Below, piece after piece: positions 16,684 through 26,817 of a stretch of DNA of 64,000 nt (within the stretch, counting starts at the first letter, position 1; each line of letters starts with the position of its first letter). The notes beneath the pieces were generated by a model. The model made no database searches and was not told the origin of the DNA. It saw nothing but the letters and a program-made list of their open reading frames with translations. The stretch is from an uncultured virus (IMG/VR IMGVR_UViG_3300002220_000736) (Duplodnaviria > Heunggongvirae > Uroviricota > Caudoviricetes), in the IMG/VR virus record IMGVR_UViG_3300002220_000736. One strand, 5' to 3'. Both the position numbers and the translations under genes were made by a program.

Positions 16684-19450
16684 AGCCATCCTCAAAGATG
16701 GGAAAGTATGGTTGTTAATTGATTCAAGGGATTTATTAACAACTAAAAGAGTATGTGAATTTGTCAACTGCAAATATCATATAAATTCTGGCATGTTTGA
16801 TCTTCCATTAACTTACATGAATGTAAAAACATTGATGGATCTAAAATTTGAGTTTGGAAAAACTCTTAGAGATTGGGAACGAACAACCAGACAGGAAAAA
16901 GAAAACAATTCGATCAAGTTAAAAAATATTAAAGGGTTAAATGGAACTCCCAGACCTTTCCAATATAGGGGAGTTGAGTTTATTGATGAAGTTGATGGGC
17001 GTGCTTTGATAGCAGACGATCCGGGATTAGGAAAAGCACAAACTTTAAATTCATTAATCTCTAGTCCATCAGGTTGGATTAGAATGGGTGACATTCGTGT
17101 TGGTGTTTCTATATTTACAAAAGATGGGACAATTCAAAATGTAGAAGCTGTATTTCCTCAGGGTGTAGTTCCTACTTATCGAGTAACATTTACTGATGAT
17201 TCTTTTGTCGATTGTAATCTTGATCATTTATGGAGTGTAACTAATAATAATAGGAAAAGAAAGGGGCTTGGTTGGGATACGAAAACAACCAAAGAAATTA
17301 TAGAATCTGGGATAACGTACAAAAGTAGTGAAAACAGAAAAGCTTCTGGAAGAAAACCACTATTAAAATGGGAAATTCCAACCTGTGAGCCTGTACAATA
17401 CCCGATGAAACAATTTACCATTCCAGCCTATACAATGGGGGCTTTGATAGGTGATGGGAGTCTTAATCAAGGAACTTTGCAATTATCACTCCCAGAAGAA
17501 AAAAATGAAATCATTAGAAAGATTACAAATGAGTTACCTAATAATTTGGAAGTATTTACAGCAAAGTACGGTAATGTGTTTCATCATTCTTTGGTCAAGT
17601 CTATTGATAAGAAAAACCATAATATAGAAAATGTGTACACTGGTGAAATCCGGAGGTTAAATCTTAATATTGTTGGTGGCGATAAGTTTATTCCTATTGA
17701 GTATATGCAAGGAAGCATTAGGCAAAGAAAAAGACTATTGGCAGGATTGATGGATTCAGATGGTAGTTGCATTAAGAACAGGACAGTATTTCATACAAGT
17801 TCAAAACAATTAACGATTGATATTAAAGAATTGGTTGAATCACTTGGAGGGATTGCATTAGTTCATTCTTATGATAGAACAAAGGAAAATAAAGGTATTG
17901 AGTACCAAGTAAACATCCGAACTTTGTTTAATCCCTTTTTTCTATCTTATAAAAAGAATAGCTGGTTTCCAAGAACTGTATTCCTACCAACACGACGTAT
18001 TAAAAGCATTGAATATGTTGGTGAAGAGGAACAGCAGTGCATTAGGGTATCATCCCCTGATCATTTGTACATCACTAATTCGTACATTGTGACACACAAT
18101 ACCATTCAGGCAATTACTTGGTGTCAACTTCATATAAAGGAACGTCCGGTATTAGTCATTTGTCCTAGTTCTGTTAAAATATCATGGCAGCGTATGGCTG
18201 ACGAATGGATGGACGTTGTTAACGTTCAGATTTTGGAAGGTAGAACACCTTATGAAATTACTGGCGATTTTGTCATTATTAATTATGACATTTTGAACTA
18301 CTGGGTAAATGATTTGAAAGTTTACGGATTTAAAGTTCTTATTGCTGATGAAGCGCATTATATTAGGAATAGCACATCCAAACGCACAAAAGCATTTAAA
18401 CAGATTGCCAGATACTTTGAAAAGATTATAGCAATGACCGGAACGCCTATTGAAAACTATCCGGTTGAAATATTTAATATTGTCAATATTTTGAACCCTA
18501 AAATATTTCCAAACTATTATGATTTTACAAAGCGTTTCTGCGATGCAAAAAATGATGGTTTTAGTAGAAATATTAAAGGTGTAAGTAATCCTGAAGAGTT
18601 GTATCGAATACTAACTAAAACGGTGATGATTAGGAGAAAGAAAAGTGAAGTGCTTACTGATCTGCCTCCTAAAAACATTTGTGTACTACCTTTGGAAATT
18701 ACTAATCGGAAAGAGTATAGAACGGCTGAATTAAAGTTCATTGAATATCTTTCCACTAAATTTCATACTGATTTGGGAAAAGATGGAATAGAAAAAGAAT
18801 TAAAAGCGTATGCAAAACTTCACGATATTGAAATAAGTGATGATTTGGATAGTGATGATTTGGCTGTCTTACACGATACTAAAATTGAAAAAGCAAAAGC
18901 TGCTCCAGTATTGGTTCAAATGGGGATCCTAAAACAACTGGCGGTCAAAGGTAAAATGAAAGCTATGATTGAATGGATTACGGACTTTTTAGAAAGTGGT
19001 GAAAAATTGGTTGTGTTTACATTAAACAGATTTGTAATTACGGAACTATTAAAAGAATTTCCTGATGCTGTAAGCTATGAAGGGAAAACAAGCAAAAAAA
19101 ATAGACAATTAGCAATTGATAGTTTCCAAACTGATGAAAGTTGTAAATTGTTTATTTCTAATATAGATGCAGGGGGAATTGGGATAACTTTGACGGCTGC
19201 ATCTAATGTACTTATGACACAATATCCTTGGACACCGGGAAAATTTGGACAAGCCCCAGACAGGCTTCACAGGATGACACAAATAAAACAGGTTACTGTT
19301 TGGAATGCTGTTGGTGCGAACACCATTGAGGAAAAGATAATTAAAGTTCTTGCTTTAAAGGAACAAATCATCACGGATGTATTGGATGGTGGCAAACATG
19401 ACACCAGTTCAATTGCTAGTGAAATTATAAAAATGTATAAAATTAAATAG
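16661..19450 (+). CDS. SNF2/SWI2-family helicase containing an intein
   Basis: ADDPGLGK|T Walker A, DEAH, MTGTPIEN, GIGITLTAA. Confidence 0.93.
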   Translation: MSSAIPNRAILKDGKVWLLIDSRDLLTTKRVCEFVNCKYHINSGMFDLPLTYMNVKTLMDLKFEFGKTLRDWERTTRQEKENNSIKLKNIKGLNGTPRPFQYRGVEFIDEVDGRALIADDPGLGKAQTLNSLISSPSGWIRMGDIRVGVSIFTKDGTIQNVEAVFPQGVVPTYRVTFTDDSFVDCNLDHLWSVTNNNRKRKGLGWDTKTTKEIIESGITYKSSENRKASGRKPLLKWEIPTCEPVQYPMKQFTIPAYTMGALIGDGSLNQGTLQLSLPEEKNEIIRKITNELPNNLEVFTAKYGNVFHHSLVKSIDKKNHNIENVYTGEIRRLNLNIVGGDKFIPIEYMQGSIRQRKRLLAGLMDSDGSCIKNRTVFHTSSKQLTIDIKELVESLGGIALVHSYDRTKENKGIEYQVNIRTLFNPFFLSYKKNSWFPRTVFLPTRRIKSIEYVGEEEQQCIRVSSPDHLYITNSYIVTHNTIQAITWCQLHIKERPVLVICPSSVKISWQRMADEWMDVVNVQILEGRTPYEITGDFVIINYDILNYWVNDLKVYGFKVLIADEAHYIRNSTSKRTKAFKQIARYFEKIIAMTGTPIENYPVEIFNIVNILNPKIFPNYYDFTKRFCDAKNDGFSRNIKGVSNPEELYRILTKTVMIRRKKSEVLTDLPPKNICVLPLEITNRKEYRTAELKFIEYLSTKFHTDLGKDGIEKELKAYAKLHDIEISDDLDSDDLAVLHDTKIEKAKAAPVLVQMGILKQLAVKGKMKAMIEWITDFLESGEKLVVFTLNRFVITELLKEFPDAVSYEGKTSKKNRQLAIDSFQTDESCKLFISNIDAGGIGITLTAASNVLMTQYPWTPGKFGQAPDRLHRMTQIKQVTVWNAVGANTIEEKIIKVLALKEQIITDVLDGGKHDTSSIASEIIKMYKIK
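17036..18100 (+). mobile_element. Class 3 intein with LAGLIDADG homing endonuclease (355 aa)
   Basis: Starts Ala (AQTL), ends VTHN with Thr+1; W in DHLWSV, C in QCIRV, T in VTHN; MGALIGDGS and LAGLMDSDG. Confidence 0.92.
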
Positions 19451-19452
19451 GT

Positions 19453-19749
19453 ATGAAAACAAAAGCAAAAGAAATAACATACCGTCCACAAAAGAACGGT
19501 TTCCCGTACAAACTGTTAAAGTATTTGTACGATCATGGAAAGAGTGCTGGGACTGATGCTCAGCGTGATATTGGATTGAATAAGTGGGCAGATGCAAAAG
19601 GTTCTATTTATTTTGATAGGGCCTCCACAAACTTTGATATGACTGCAAAAAATTTGCAGGATAAAGGACTTATCACTTGCTTACCTGACGATTTCTATGA
19701 AATTACGAATGGTGGCAAAGTTTTCATTGAATCTTACAATGTTAGGTGA
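19453..19749 (+). CDS. Putative winged-helix protein
   Basis: LQDKGLI...YEITNGG wing motif. Confidence 0.55.
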   Translation: MKTKAKEITYRPQKNGFPYKLLKYLYDHGKSAGTDAQRDIGLNKWADAKGSIYFDRASTNFDMTAKNLQDKGLITCLPDDFYEITNGGKVFIESYNVR

Positions 19750-20117
19750 TGGAAGAGAATTATGAAGATGTGATGCTCAAAGAGTTTGAAGAACTATTTA
19801 TCAAATTTCTTTGTAATGAAGGTGCTTACTTTCAATACATGCGCGAATCACAAAAACACGAATCACAAAAATACAAAAGTTACTCCGATTACGGAGAAGG
19901 TATTCAAGGTTTTATTAAATACCGTGTATTTCATGATAATAAACCAATTATGATTGCCTTCATAACTATTGTAGAAAGTTCTTTTCCGTGGTTCACAAGT
20001 GGGGATGGGAATATGTATTGGTTAAAAGTTAGTGATCGTTATAAAACATGGTTTAAAGAAACTGAATTTTATCATAAGTATAATAAACAGTATAGTCAAA
20101 CAAATATTAAACTTTAA
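19746..20117 (+). CDS. Hypothetical protein (paralogue family with 23702 and 24865)
   Basis: LFIKFLCNEGAYFQY. Confidence 0.65.
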   Translation: MMEENYEDVMLKEFEELFIKFLCNEGAYFQYMRESQKHESQKYKSYSDYGEGIQGFIKYRVFHDNKPIMIAFITIVESSFPWFTSGDGNMYWLKVSDRYKTWFKETEFYHKYNKQYSQTNIKL

Positions 20118-20128
20118 ATTTTAAAACT

Positions 20129-21124
20129 ATGTATGCAAAACAATTGGAAACCTTATTAGGTTTCATGTTCACACAAAATCTACCTGTTCTTGTTAAAGGT
20201 AGTCCGGGAATTGGTAAAAGTGATATTGTGGCTCAGGCTGCAAAGTCATTAGGTTGGGAACTTATCATATCCCATCCGGTAGTTGCTGACCCGACAGATT
20301 ATAAAGGTCTTCCCTTTGTAGTTGGTGGAAATGCTGAGTTCTTACCGTTCGGTGATTTGAGAAAATTGCTGGATACAAAAACCCCATTAATCTATTTCCT
20401 TGATGATTTGGGCCAAGCTACTCCGGCAGTTCAGTCTGCGGTGATGCAATTACTTTTGGCCAGACAGATCAATGGTCACAAAATTTCACCGGAGGTTAGG
20501 TTTGTAGCAGCAACCAACGGACGGGCGGACAAAGCGAACGTTTCAGGCATATTAGAGCCTGTTAAAAGCCGTTTTGCTTCTATTGTAGAACTGGAGGTAA
20601 AAACAAGTGATTGGATTGAATGGGCATGGAAAAACGGTATGCCGCACGAATTAACTTCTTTCATTGAGTTCAAACCTGATTTGTTGAACCAATTCAAAGC
20701 AACAAGGGATATCGAAAATTCACCGTCCCCACGTACTGTTGCATTTGTTGGAAAAATGGTAAACGCTGGAATGCCGTCAGGTATGGAGTATGAAATTATT
20801 AAAGGTGCTGCCGGAGAAGGATTTGCAACTGAATATTTGACGTTTGTTAAATGCTACATGGAACTTCCAACGGTTTCAGAAATTCTTAAAGATCCTAAAG
20901 GTGCAAGGCTTCCAGCTTCAATCGGTGCTAAGTATGCTATTACAGGAGCATTGACGGATGCTGCTGAACCTGCAAACATGGGATTCATCATTACCTATTT
21001 GCAAAGATTGGGAAATGAACTAACTGTGTCAGCATTGAGAAGCTGTGCATTAAGGAAACCGGCAGTGTCTTCAACACCTTCATTTATTAATTGGGCGATA
21101 AAAAACAGTTCATTATTCGTATAG
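20129..21124 (+). CDS. MoxR/dynein-related AAA+ ATPase
   Basis: GSPGIGKS, YFLDDLGQA, AATN, SPR. Confidence 0.9.
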   Translation: MYAKQLETLLGFMFTQNLPVLVKGSPGIGKSDIVAQAAKSLGWELIISHPVVADPTDYKGLPFVVGGNAEFLPFGDLRKLLDTKTPLIYFLDDLGQATPAVQSAVMQLLLARQINGHKISPEVRFVAATNGRADKANVSGILEPVKSRFASIVELEVKTSDWIEWAWKNGMPHELTSFIEFKPDLLNQFKATRDIENSPSPRTVAFVGKMVNAGMPSGMEYEIIKGAAGEGFATEYLTFVKCYMELPTVSEILKDPKGARLPASIGAKYAITGALTDAAEPANMGFIITYLQRLGNELTVSALRSCALRKPAVSSTPSFINWAIKNSSLFV

Positions 21125-21126
21125 TC

Positions 21127-21300
21127 ATGAAAAAGAAAGATAACGATATTTTCATACTTCAGGAAAGTATTGGGGAGTATAAAAAAGGAAAAAAGTTTTC
21201 TTCATTTGGGGGGTTAGTTTCAGGCGTTAACATTACTGGTGGGGAAAAACCTACATTGATTTATTTTAACAACCCTAAGTATTTTAAATTACAAAAGTAG
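21127..21300 (+). CDS. Small hypothetical protein
   Basis: ORF between AAA+ and vWA genes. Confidence 0.5.
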   Translation: MKKKDNDIFILQESIGEYKKGKKFSSFGGLVSGVNITGGEKPTLIYFNNPKYFKLQK

Positions 21301-22416
21301 ATGATGAAAACACAAAAGTTGCTGGAAAAGGCAAGGATAGGTATCATTTTAAATGAGCCTTTCTTTGCCGCAGCTTCCCTTCAAATGGAGTATGTTGAAA
21401 ATACTTCGATTGAAACCGGACGCACCAATGGAAAAACCATTGAGTACAACCCTGATTTTTTCATCGCTTTGCCACCTGAAGAAAGAAAAGGTTTCATTAT
21501 ACACGAACTGTTTCACATTTTATTACTTCATCCTTTGCGATGTGAAGGAAGAGATTTGAAAAAATGGAACGTGGCCTGCGATTACGTGGTAAATCAGTAC
21601 GTGAAAGAAGCTGGACTTACCATTCCTAAAGGTGGTTTGTATGATTACAGACTTTCAGGAAAGTCAGTAGAAGAAATTTATAATCTGCTACCTGATAACA
21701 ATGAAGAGAATGAAAAAGCCAGCGGTTTTGGTATGGTTGCTCCACCGCCAGAAGGTGAGGACGTAAAGCAAATGGAACAGGAAGCAAAACAAATGCTTGT
21801 AGAAGCTGTTAACGCTGCAAAGCAAGCAGGAAAAGATGCTAGGTCATTGAAAGAACTTATTAGTGATTTGCTTGAACCTAAGTATGATTGGAAAGAATTA
21901 TTGTATCGGTTTATTTCGGAAGTAGTCAAAAATGATTACGCATGGTATAGGCCAAATCCAAGATTTATTCCTTCTGGGTTGTACCTTCCAATACTTGAAT
22001 CATTAGAGGTTGGAAAAGTTGTGTTTGCAATAGACACATCCGGATCGGTTGATTGTGGTTTGCTTGCTGAAATTGTTGCTGAAATAAAAGAAGCAATGTC
22101 ATTGTTTTCTGTGCCTATTACGGTTATTCATTGTGATACTAAGGTTCAGAAAGTAGAAGAATTACATGAGGATGATACGATTGAACCTGTGGGCAGGGGC
22201 GGTACACGTTTCCAACCTGTATTTGATTACGTTAATGAACACTTAGATGATGCAAAAGCCATTATCTATTTTACTGACGGTGATGCATCCGACACGTACA
22301 CAGAACCTGATTGTCCTGTATTGTGGATGATATATGATAACAATCGTTTTACATGCGATTTTGGTGAAATTATTAAAGTTCAAAGAAACAGAAATCATGG
22401 AAACAACAGATATTAA
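21301..22416 (+). CDS. DUF2201-type metallopeptidase-vWA protein
   Basis: HELFHILLLH, WNVACDYVVN, DTSGS MIDAS, GGTRF, FTDG. Confidence 0.9.
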   Translation: MMKTQKLLEKARIGIILNEPFFAAASLQMEYVENTSIETGRTNGKTIEYNPDFFIALPPEERKGFIIHELFHILLLHPLRCEGRDLKKWNVACDYVVNQYVKEAGLTIPKGGLYDYRLSGKSVEEIYNLLPDNNEENEKASGFGMVAPPPEGEDVKQMEQEAKQMLVEAVNAAKQAGKDARSLKELISDLLEPKYDWKELLYRFISEVVKNDYAWYRPNPRFIPSGLYLPILESLEVGKVVFAIDTSGSVDCGLLAEIVAEIKEAMSLFSVPITVIHCDTKVQKVEELHEDDTIEPVGRGGTRFQPVFDYVNEHLDDAKAIIYFTDGDASDTYTEPDCPVLWMIYDNNRFTCDFGEIIKVQRNRNHGNNRY

Positions 22417-22672
22417 AATTAAATTCAAAGGGATTGATTCATGGAATCGATCTGTTTTTGTAGGACAAGAGCCAGAAAGGTACAAAAGTTCATATTTTGG
22501 GAGTGTTGATACTTTATTTCCTGATAAAACAATAGCCCCAAATAACACTGTTGAGGAAATCGTCAGCTATTTTAAGGAAAATGTCAAAGAACTCCAATAT
22601 TTCGGACAGAAATTTGATTGTGAGCCTATGGGCGGTTTAGCAAGTCATGTAAAATTAATTATCACGGATTAA
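22397..22672 (+). CDS. Hypothetical protein
   Basis: FKGIDSWNR...DCEP. Confidence 0.65.
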   Translation: METTDIKIKFKGIDSWNRSVFVGQEPERYKSSYFGSVDTLFPDKTIAPNNTVEEIVSYFKENVKELQYFGQKFDCEPMGGLASHVKLIITD

Positions 22673-22689
22673 AACTAAAAACAAATATC

Positions 22690-23514
22690 ATGGATAGTTT
22701 AAAAGAAAAAGTAATGATTGTCAACCTTACCATTTCACAATGGGGTGCAAGGAAATATGACAAGACGGCCACTAAAGAAGTGGAAGTAAATCACCAAGCC
22801 AAAGAAGCTGGAAGGTTCAACAAGATCCTGATTCAATCGGAAACACTCACAAAAGTTTCCAAAGTGGCTGGCAAACTACGCCAGTACCATTATGATTCAA
22901 CCCTTCCGTGGGGTGACAATGGTGACAGAATCCTTCCGGTTGAGAAATACTTTCAATATGTCATGGACGTAGGTGTTATCAAAATGGAATTCAGTGGCCT
23001 GATCGAAACGTTCATCCAAGAGTACGAAGCAGAAAAAGAATCGTCCAAAAAACGTCTAAATTCTTTGTACAAAGAAACGGATTACCCTGCATCGGAAAGC
23101 ATTGCAAAGAAATTTGATATTTCAGTTTCTTTCATGCCTATTGCTGACGGAAACGATCTTCGTGTAAATATGTCTGAAAACGTGATCAATTCTTTGAAAA
23201 GTCAAATTACAAAAGAATTGGAAAGCCGAGTAAGTAATGCCACGGAAGATTTGCTGCAACGCCTGAGGGATGCCGTGTCCAGAATGGTTGAAACTTTGTC
23301 TGACCCTTCTAAAATATTTCGTGACACTTTGGTGGGCAACATTCAATCATTAACTGAACATTTGCCGTTGATGAACTTCAACAATGATCAACGTGTTACC
23401 GATGCTGTATTATACGCAAAAGGTTTATGTGTCAATCCGGAAGACTTGCGGAGGAGCAAACGCTTCAAACGTGAAATATTAGCTAAGGCAAAACAAGTAC
23501 TATCCACAATTTAA
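22690..23514 (+). CDS. DUF3150-like helical protein of the AAA+/vWA module
   Basis: ISQWGARKYD, TLPWGDNGDRILP, KIFRDTLVGN; synteny with AAA+/vWA. Confidence 0.65.
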   Translation: MDSLKEKVMIVNLTISQWGARKYDKTATKEVEVNHQAKEAGRFNKILIQSETLTKVSKVAGKLRQYHYDSTLPWGDNGDRILPVEKYFQYVMDVGVIKMEFSGLIETFIQEYEAEKESSKKRLNSLYKETDYPASESIAKKFDISVSFMPIADGNDLRVNMSENVINSLKSQITKELESRVSNATEDLLQRLRDAVSRMVETLSDPSKIFRDTLVGNIQSLTEHLPLMNFNNDQRVTDAVLYAKGLCVNPEDLRRSKRFKREILAKAKQVLSTI

Positions 23515-23519
23515 AACAA

Positions 23520-23950
23520 ATGAATATGACAACAAGAGAAAGAATGATCAATCACATTCACAGTATGAACATCGCACTGACAGTAGAATGGCTGGAGCAG
23601 CAAGAAGATGAAATTTTGTTGGCTAACTGCCATCCAACTGATCGGGAAAAATATGCATCCGATTTAAAGTACGTCCAAGAAACAAAAAGAAAAAGGAAAT
23701 AGTGGAGTCAAATGACAAGGAAGAATTGTCAAGAATGTTTTATGAGTTGCTTGTGAATAACGGAGTTTTATTTCAGTATATGAAATACTGTGATTTAGTT
23801 TGGGTTATGCGAGCAACTCATGAAACTTCGTGGATCGCTAGAGTACATGGAATGGATACGAAAGAAGGCGAAAACTTCTGGAAAGCTATCAATTTATTAT
23901 GGCACAGGAAACTAGATTTGTACTACGAAAACAAACAACTAAGGAAATAG
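23520..23950 (+). CDS. Two small hypothetical proteins (23520-23702, 23702-23950)
   Basis: Coupled ORFs. Confidence 0.6.
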
Positions 23951-23953
23951 ATT

Positions 23954-24868
23954 ATGGACATTATAAGATTATATGATGATTTTAATGTTGATTACGCAAC
24001 TGAAGGCGAGCGCCATACTAGAATTGGCTGGGTAAATACGCCCTGTTGCCACTGTTCAGGAAATGAAGGTTATCATTTGGGTTACAATTTGTCGGATGAT
24101 TACTATAACTGTTTCCGGTGTGGATTTCATGGAACGGTGCAAACAGTAGCTAGTTTATTAAGCGTTTCCACGCATGAATCAGCCAATATTTTACAAAGGT
24201 ATGGTATTAACCTAACCTATGCCAAAAAAGCCCCAGAATCGAAAGGAAAGCCCCTAATTTTGCCCTCTGGCCTGTCTGGTTTAACCCCGCAGCACAAAAA
24301 GTACTTAAAAGGTCGGGGTTACGATCCTGAACTGCTGGAAAAGAAGTGGGGATTGAAATCTACCGGCCCAATGAGCAACGTAGCAGGTTCTCCATACAAA
24401 CACCGTATTTTCATCCCTTATATGTGGAATGGTCAATTGGTGACATTTGACACTAGGGATGTAACGGGCAAAGCTGAGGAAAAATATAAGGCTTGCCCGA
24501 AAGCTAGGGAAATACTTGAAAGAAAAAAGATATTGTACGGAAATCAGGATGCATGGGATGGCACAGGTATTTGTGTGGAAGGGGCTCCGGATGTATGGAG
24601 GTTTGGTGATGTTTCTTTTGCCACATCCGGAACTTCTTTCACACAAGATCAAGTCCGGTTAATTTCCAGAATGTTTAAAACTGTGTACATTGTGTATGAT
24701 AGCAAGTCCAATACGTCTAAGGAATTGTCTGCTCAAAAACATGCACGTGAACTTAGATCGGAGTTGCGTATTAGGAGAGTTAAGGCAGAAATTGTTTCCT
24801 TAGAAAAAGGAGATCCGGGGGAACTTTCGCAAGCAGAAGCAAACACGTTTGTAAAAATGCTAATGTGA
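23954..24868 (+). CDS. DNA primase (Zn finger + TOPRIM)
   Basis: CCHC...CFRC, RIFIP, CVEGAPD, YD, DPG. Confidence 0.85.
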   Translation: MDIIRLYDDFNVDYATEGERHTRIGWVNTPCCHCSGNEGYHLGYNLSDDYYNCFRCGFHGTVQTVASLLSVSTHESANILQRYGINLTYAKKAPESKGKPLILPSGLSGLTPQHKKYLKGRGYDPELLEKKWGLKSTGPMSNVAGSPYKHRIFIPYMWNGQLVTFDTRDVTGKAEEKYKACPKAREILERKKILYGNQDAWDGTGICVEGAPDVWRFGDVSFATSGTSFTQDQVRLISRMFKTVYIVYDSKSNTSKELSAQKHARELRSELRIRRVKAEIVSLEKGDPGELSQAEANTFVKMLM

Positions 24869-25336
24869 TGAAAAATAATAAAAAACACATCACGAAACTG
24901 TTCTATAAATTTCTTGTGGATAACGGTGTGATGTTTCAGGTTATTGCAGCCATAGATCAAACAAAACACAAGACTTTGGAAGAGCATTGTAAAAGATGTG
25001 AAGTGACAAACTACACCAGATATATTTATGCCTACACAAACAGTGATGCATTAAAAATATCTGAATGGAATGACTTGGATAAAAAATGGGTAAAATATAT
25101 CACAAACTATTTAAACAACAAAAATGAAAATGAAAGAAATTAGAAAGAAAGTAAAAAGAGCAAATGATTTGATGAAAGAACATTCTCTTTTAGACAGTAC
25201 ATTAAAAGCTATCATTCGTATTCAGGAAGAACACCCTGAACAACGTGATGAATTATCAATTGACGAAAAGTATTTCCAAAATGTTACAAGAACTATAAAA
25301 CGAGTAGAATCCGAGTTGTCAGATTTATTTAAGTAA
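24865..25336 (+). CDS. Two small hypothetical proteins (24865-25143, 25124-25336)
   Basis: Overlapping ORFs in operon. Confidence 0.6.
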
Positions 25337-25351
25337 ATGATTACGAGATGA

Positions 25352-25383
25352 TTAGGTTTTATAAAATACATTTTGTATCTTTG
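25352..25383 (+). promoter_or_regulatory. Bacteroidota-type promoter of the replication-initiation genes
   Basis: TTAG, 20-nt spacer, TATCTTTG (25376-25383). Confidence 0.7.
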
Positions 25384-25391
25384 TAATTGCA

Positions 25392-25505
25392 TAAAAGCCA
25401 TGCACTATTTAGCAGGAGATCATGGTTTTTAGTTTTGAAGTTAAGTTTGACTAAATGAGGTTGTGGATGTTCCTTTCTGCTAAGAGGACTCCACAACCTT
25501 TATTT
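25392..25505 (+). ncRNA. Two-hairpin leader RNA with complementary loops
   Basis: Stems 25392-25402/25421-25431 and 25457-25467/25490-25500; loops TTAGCAGGA and TTCTGCTAA pair. Confidence 0.65.
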
Positions 25506-25525
25506 TTACCTCAAAAAGTACAATT

Positions 25526-25834
25526 GTGGAAAAACAAAACGGTGGTGTATTAATGGAAACATCAGATTTCCCATTAACAGTATATGCAAAAACATGCCAT
25601 GAAATATACCAATCTGAAAATAGTTCAGACGTGATGGCGTTGTATATATCTTATTGTGCTATTTCATTTTGGAAAAAAGAAACAGTATCCGCAAAATCAA
25701 TGTGTTCCATGCTTAAAATGAGTAAAGTTCGTTTCATGAAAGCTAGAAAAGAACTTGAAAGATTAGGGTTAATTGACCTATCAATCAAAGGGGAGATATT
25801 TATCAACTTAATATCACCACAAAATGAAAAATGA
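25526..25834 (+). CDS. HTH protein paralogous to the initiator N-terminus
   Basis: ALYISYCAISFW...MKARKELERLGLI. Confidence 0.7.
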   Translation: MEKQNGGVLMETSDFPLTVYAKTCHEIYQSENSSDVMALYISYCAISFWKKETVSAKSMCSMLKMSKVRFMKARKELERLGLIDLSIKGEIFINLISPQNEK

Positions 25835-26813
25835 AACGCACCAATTAAGGCAAGATAATAAACTTATCACCATGCCCATATCTATAACGACATACGAACG
25901 TATTTTAAAATTAAAGAATAAAGAATCTGCTCTTTTGCTATATATGGAATATTGCAGCATTGCTTTGTGGCAGGAGGATATTCAGATTTGGGCAACTACT
26001 GGTTTTATGTGTAAACGGATTCCAATGACCGAACGTAAGCTAACTAAGGCCAAAAAATCATTAATTGAGTTGGGTTTAATTCAGGAAATTCGCAAAAGAA
26101 ATGCACAAAATACTGGCTTTGGAAAGACCTATATCAAGGTCAACTTTGTAGCAAATAAAGGGGAAGGACGTACTCCTGCATTTTGTACGGAGTACGAATG
26201 TACTGAGTACGAACCGCAGGACAAGTGCGTTATAACTAAAGACAATGCGAACACCAGAACTAAAAACAACTTAAAAAACTTTAAAAATATTTTTGCCCAA
26301 AATGATGAAATTTTAAATGAGAACGATATGAAAATAACACCCAAAACAACCAATGAAATTATTCTTTTGGAAGAAATTGAAAGATTAAAAAAACAAAACA
26401 CCCAATTACTTTCCAAATTGGAAGAGTTCCAACCAAAACAACTATCATTGTTTAAATCAGACGAATTAGTACAACCAAAGCATTTTGAAATATTCTACCG
26501 GCTATACCCACGCAAGGCTGCCAAAGGAAAGGCATTTTTAGCGTGGGGAAACCTATGTACTCAGAAAAGTAAGACAAACATACGTCCGACATGGAAAAGT
26601 GTTAGGAAAGCCCTTATCCTTCAAAAGAAAACTGAACTATGGATGAAACTACCAGATGTTATACCATACCCTGCATCATGGATCAATTCAAACGGTTGGT
26701 TAAACGAACCGGATGAAATGAAAGTATTTAAGCCAACAACAAAAGAAGTTCCAAAAAAAGCTTTTGGTTTTGTTGGCAAACCTTTGAAATATTCCGAATC
26801 AATTAAAATGTAA
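25824..26813 (+). CDS. Replication initiator/replisome organiser
   Basis: N-terminal wHTH, low-complexity linker, C-terminal FEIFYRLYPRK...IPYPASWINSNGW. Confidence 0.8.
   Translation: MKNETHQLRQDNKLITMPISITTYERILKLKNKESALLLYMEYCSIALWQEDIQIWATTGFMCKRIPMTERKLTKAKKSLIELGLIQEIRKRNAQNTGFGKTYIKVNFVANKGEGRTPAFCTEYECTEYEPQDKCVITKDNANTRTKNNLKNFKNIFAQNDEILNENDMKITPKTTNEIILLEEIERLKKQNTQLLSKLEEFQPKQLSLFKSDELVQPKHFEIFYRLYPRKAAKGKAFLAWGNLCTQKSKTNIRPTWKSVRKALILQKKTELWMKLPDVIPYPASWINSNGWLNEPDEMKVFKPTTKEVPKKAFGFVGKPLKYSESIKM
26169..26213 (+). repeat. Iteron-like repeats within initiator gene (candidate origin)
   Basis: TGTAC(G/T)GAGTACGAA x2 (26184-26213) plus inverted CGTACTCC (26169-26176); A-rich tract downstream. 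Confidence 0.6.
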
Positions 26814-26817
26814 AAAT

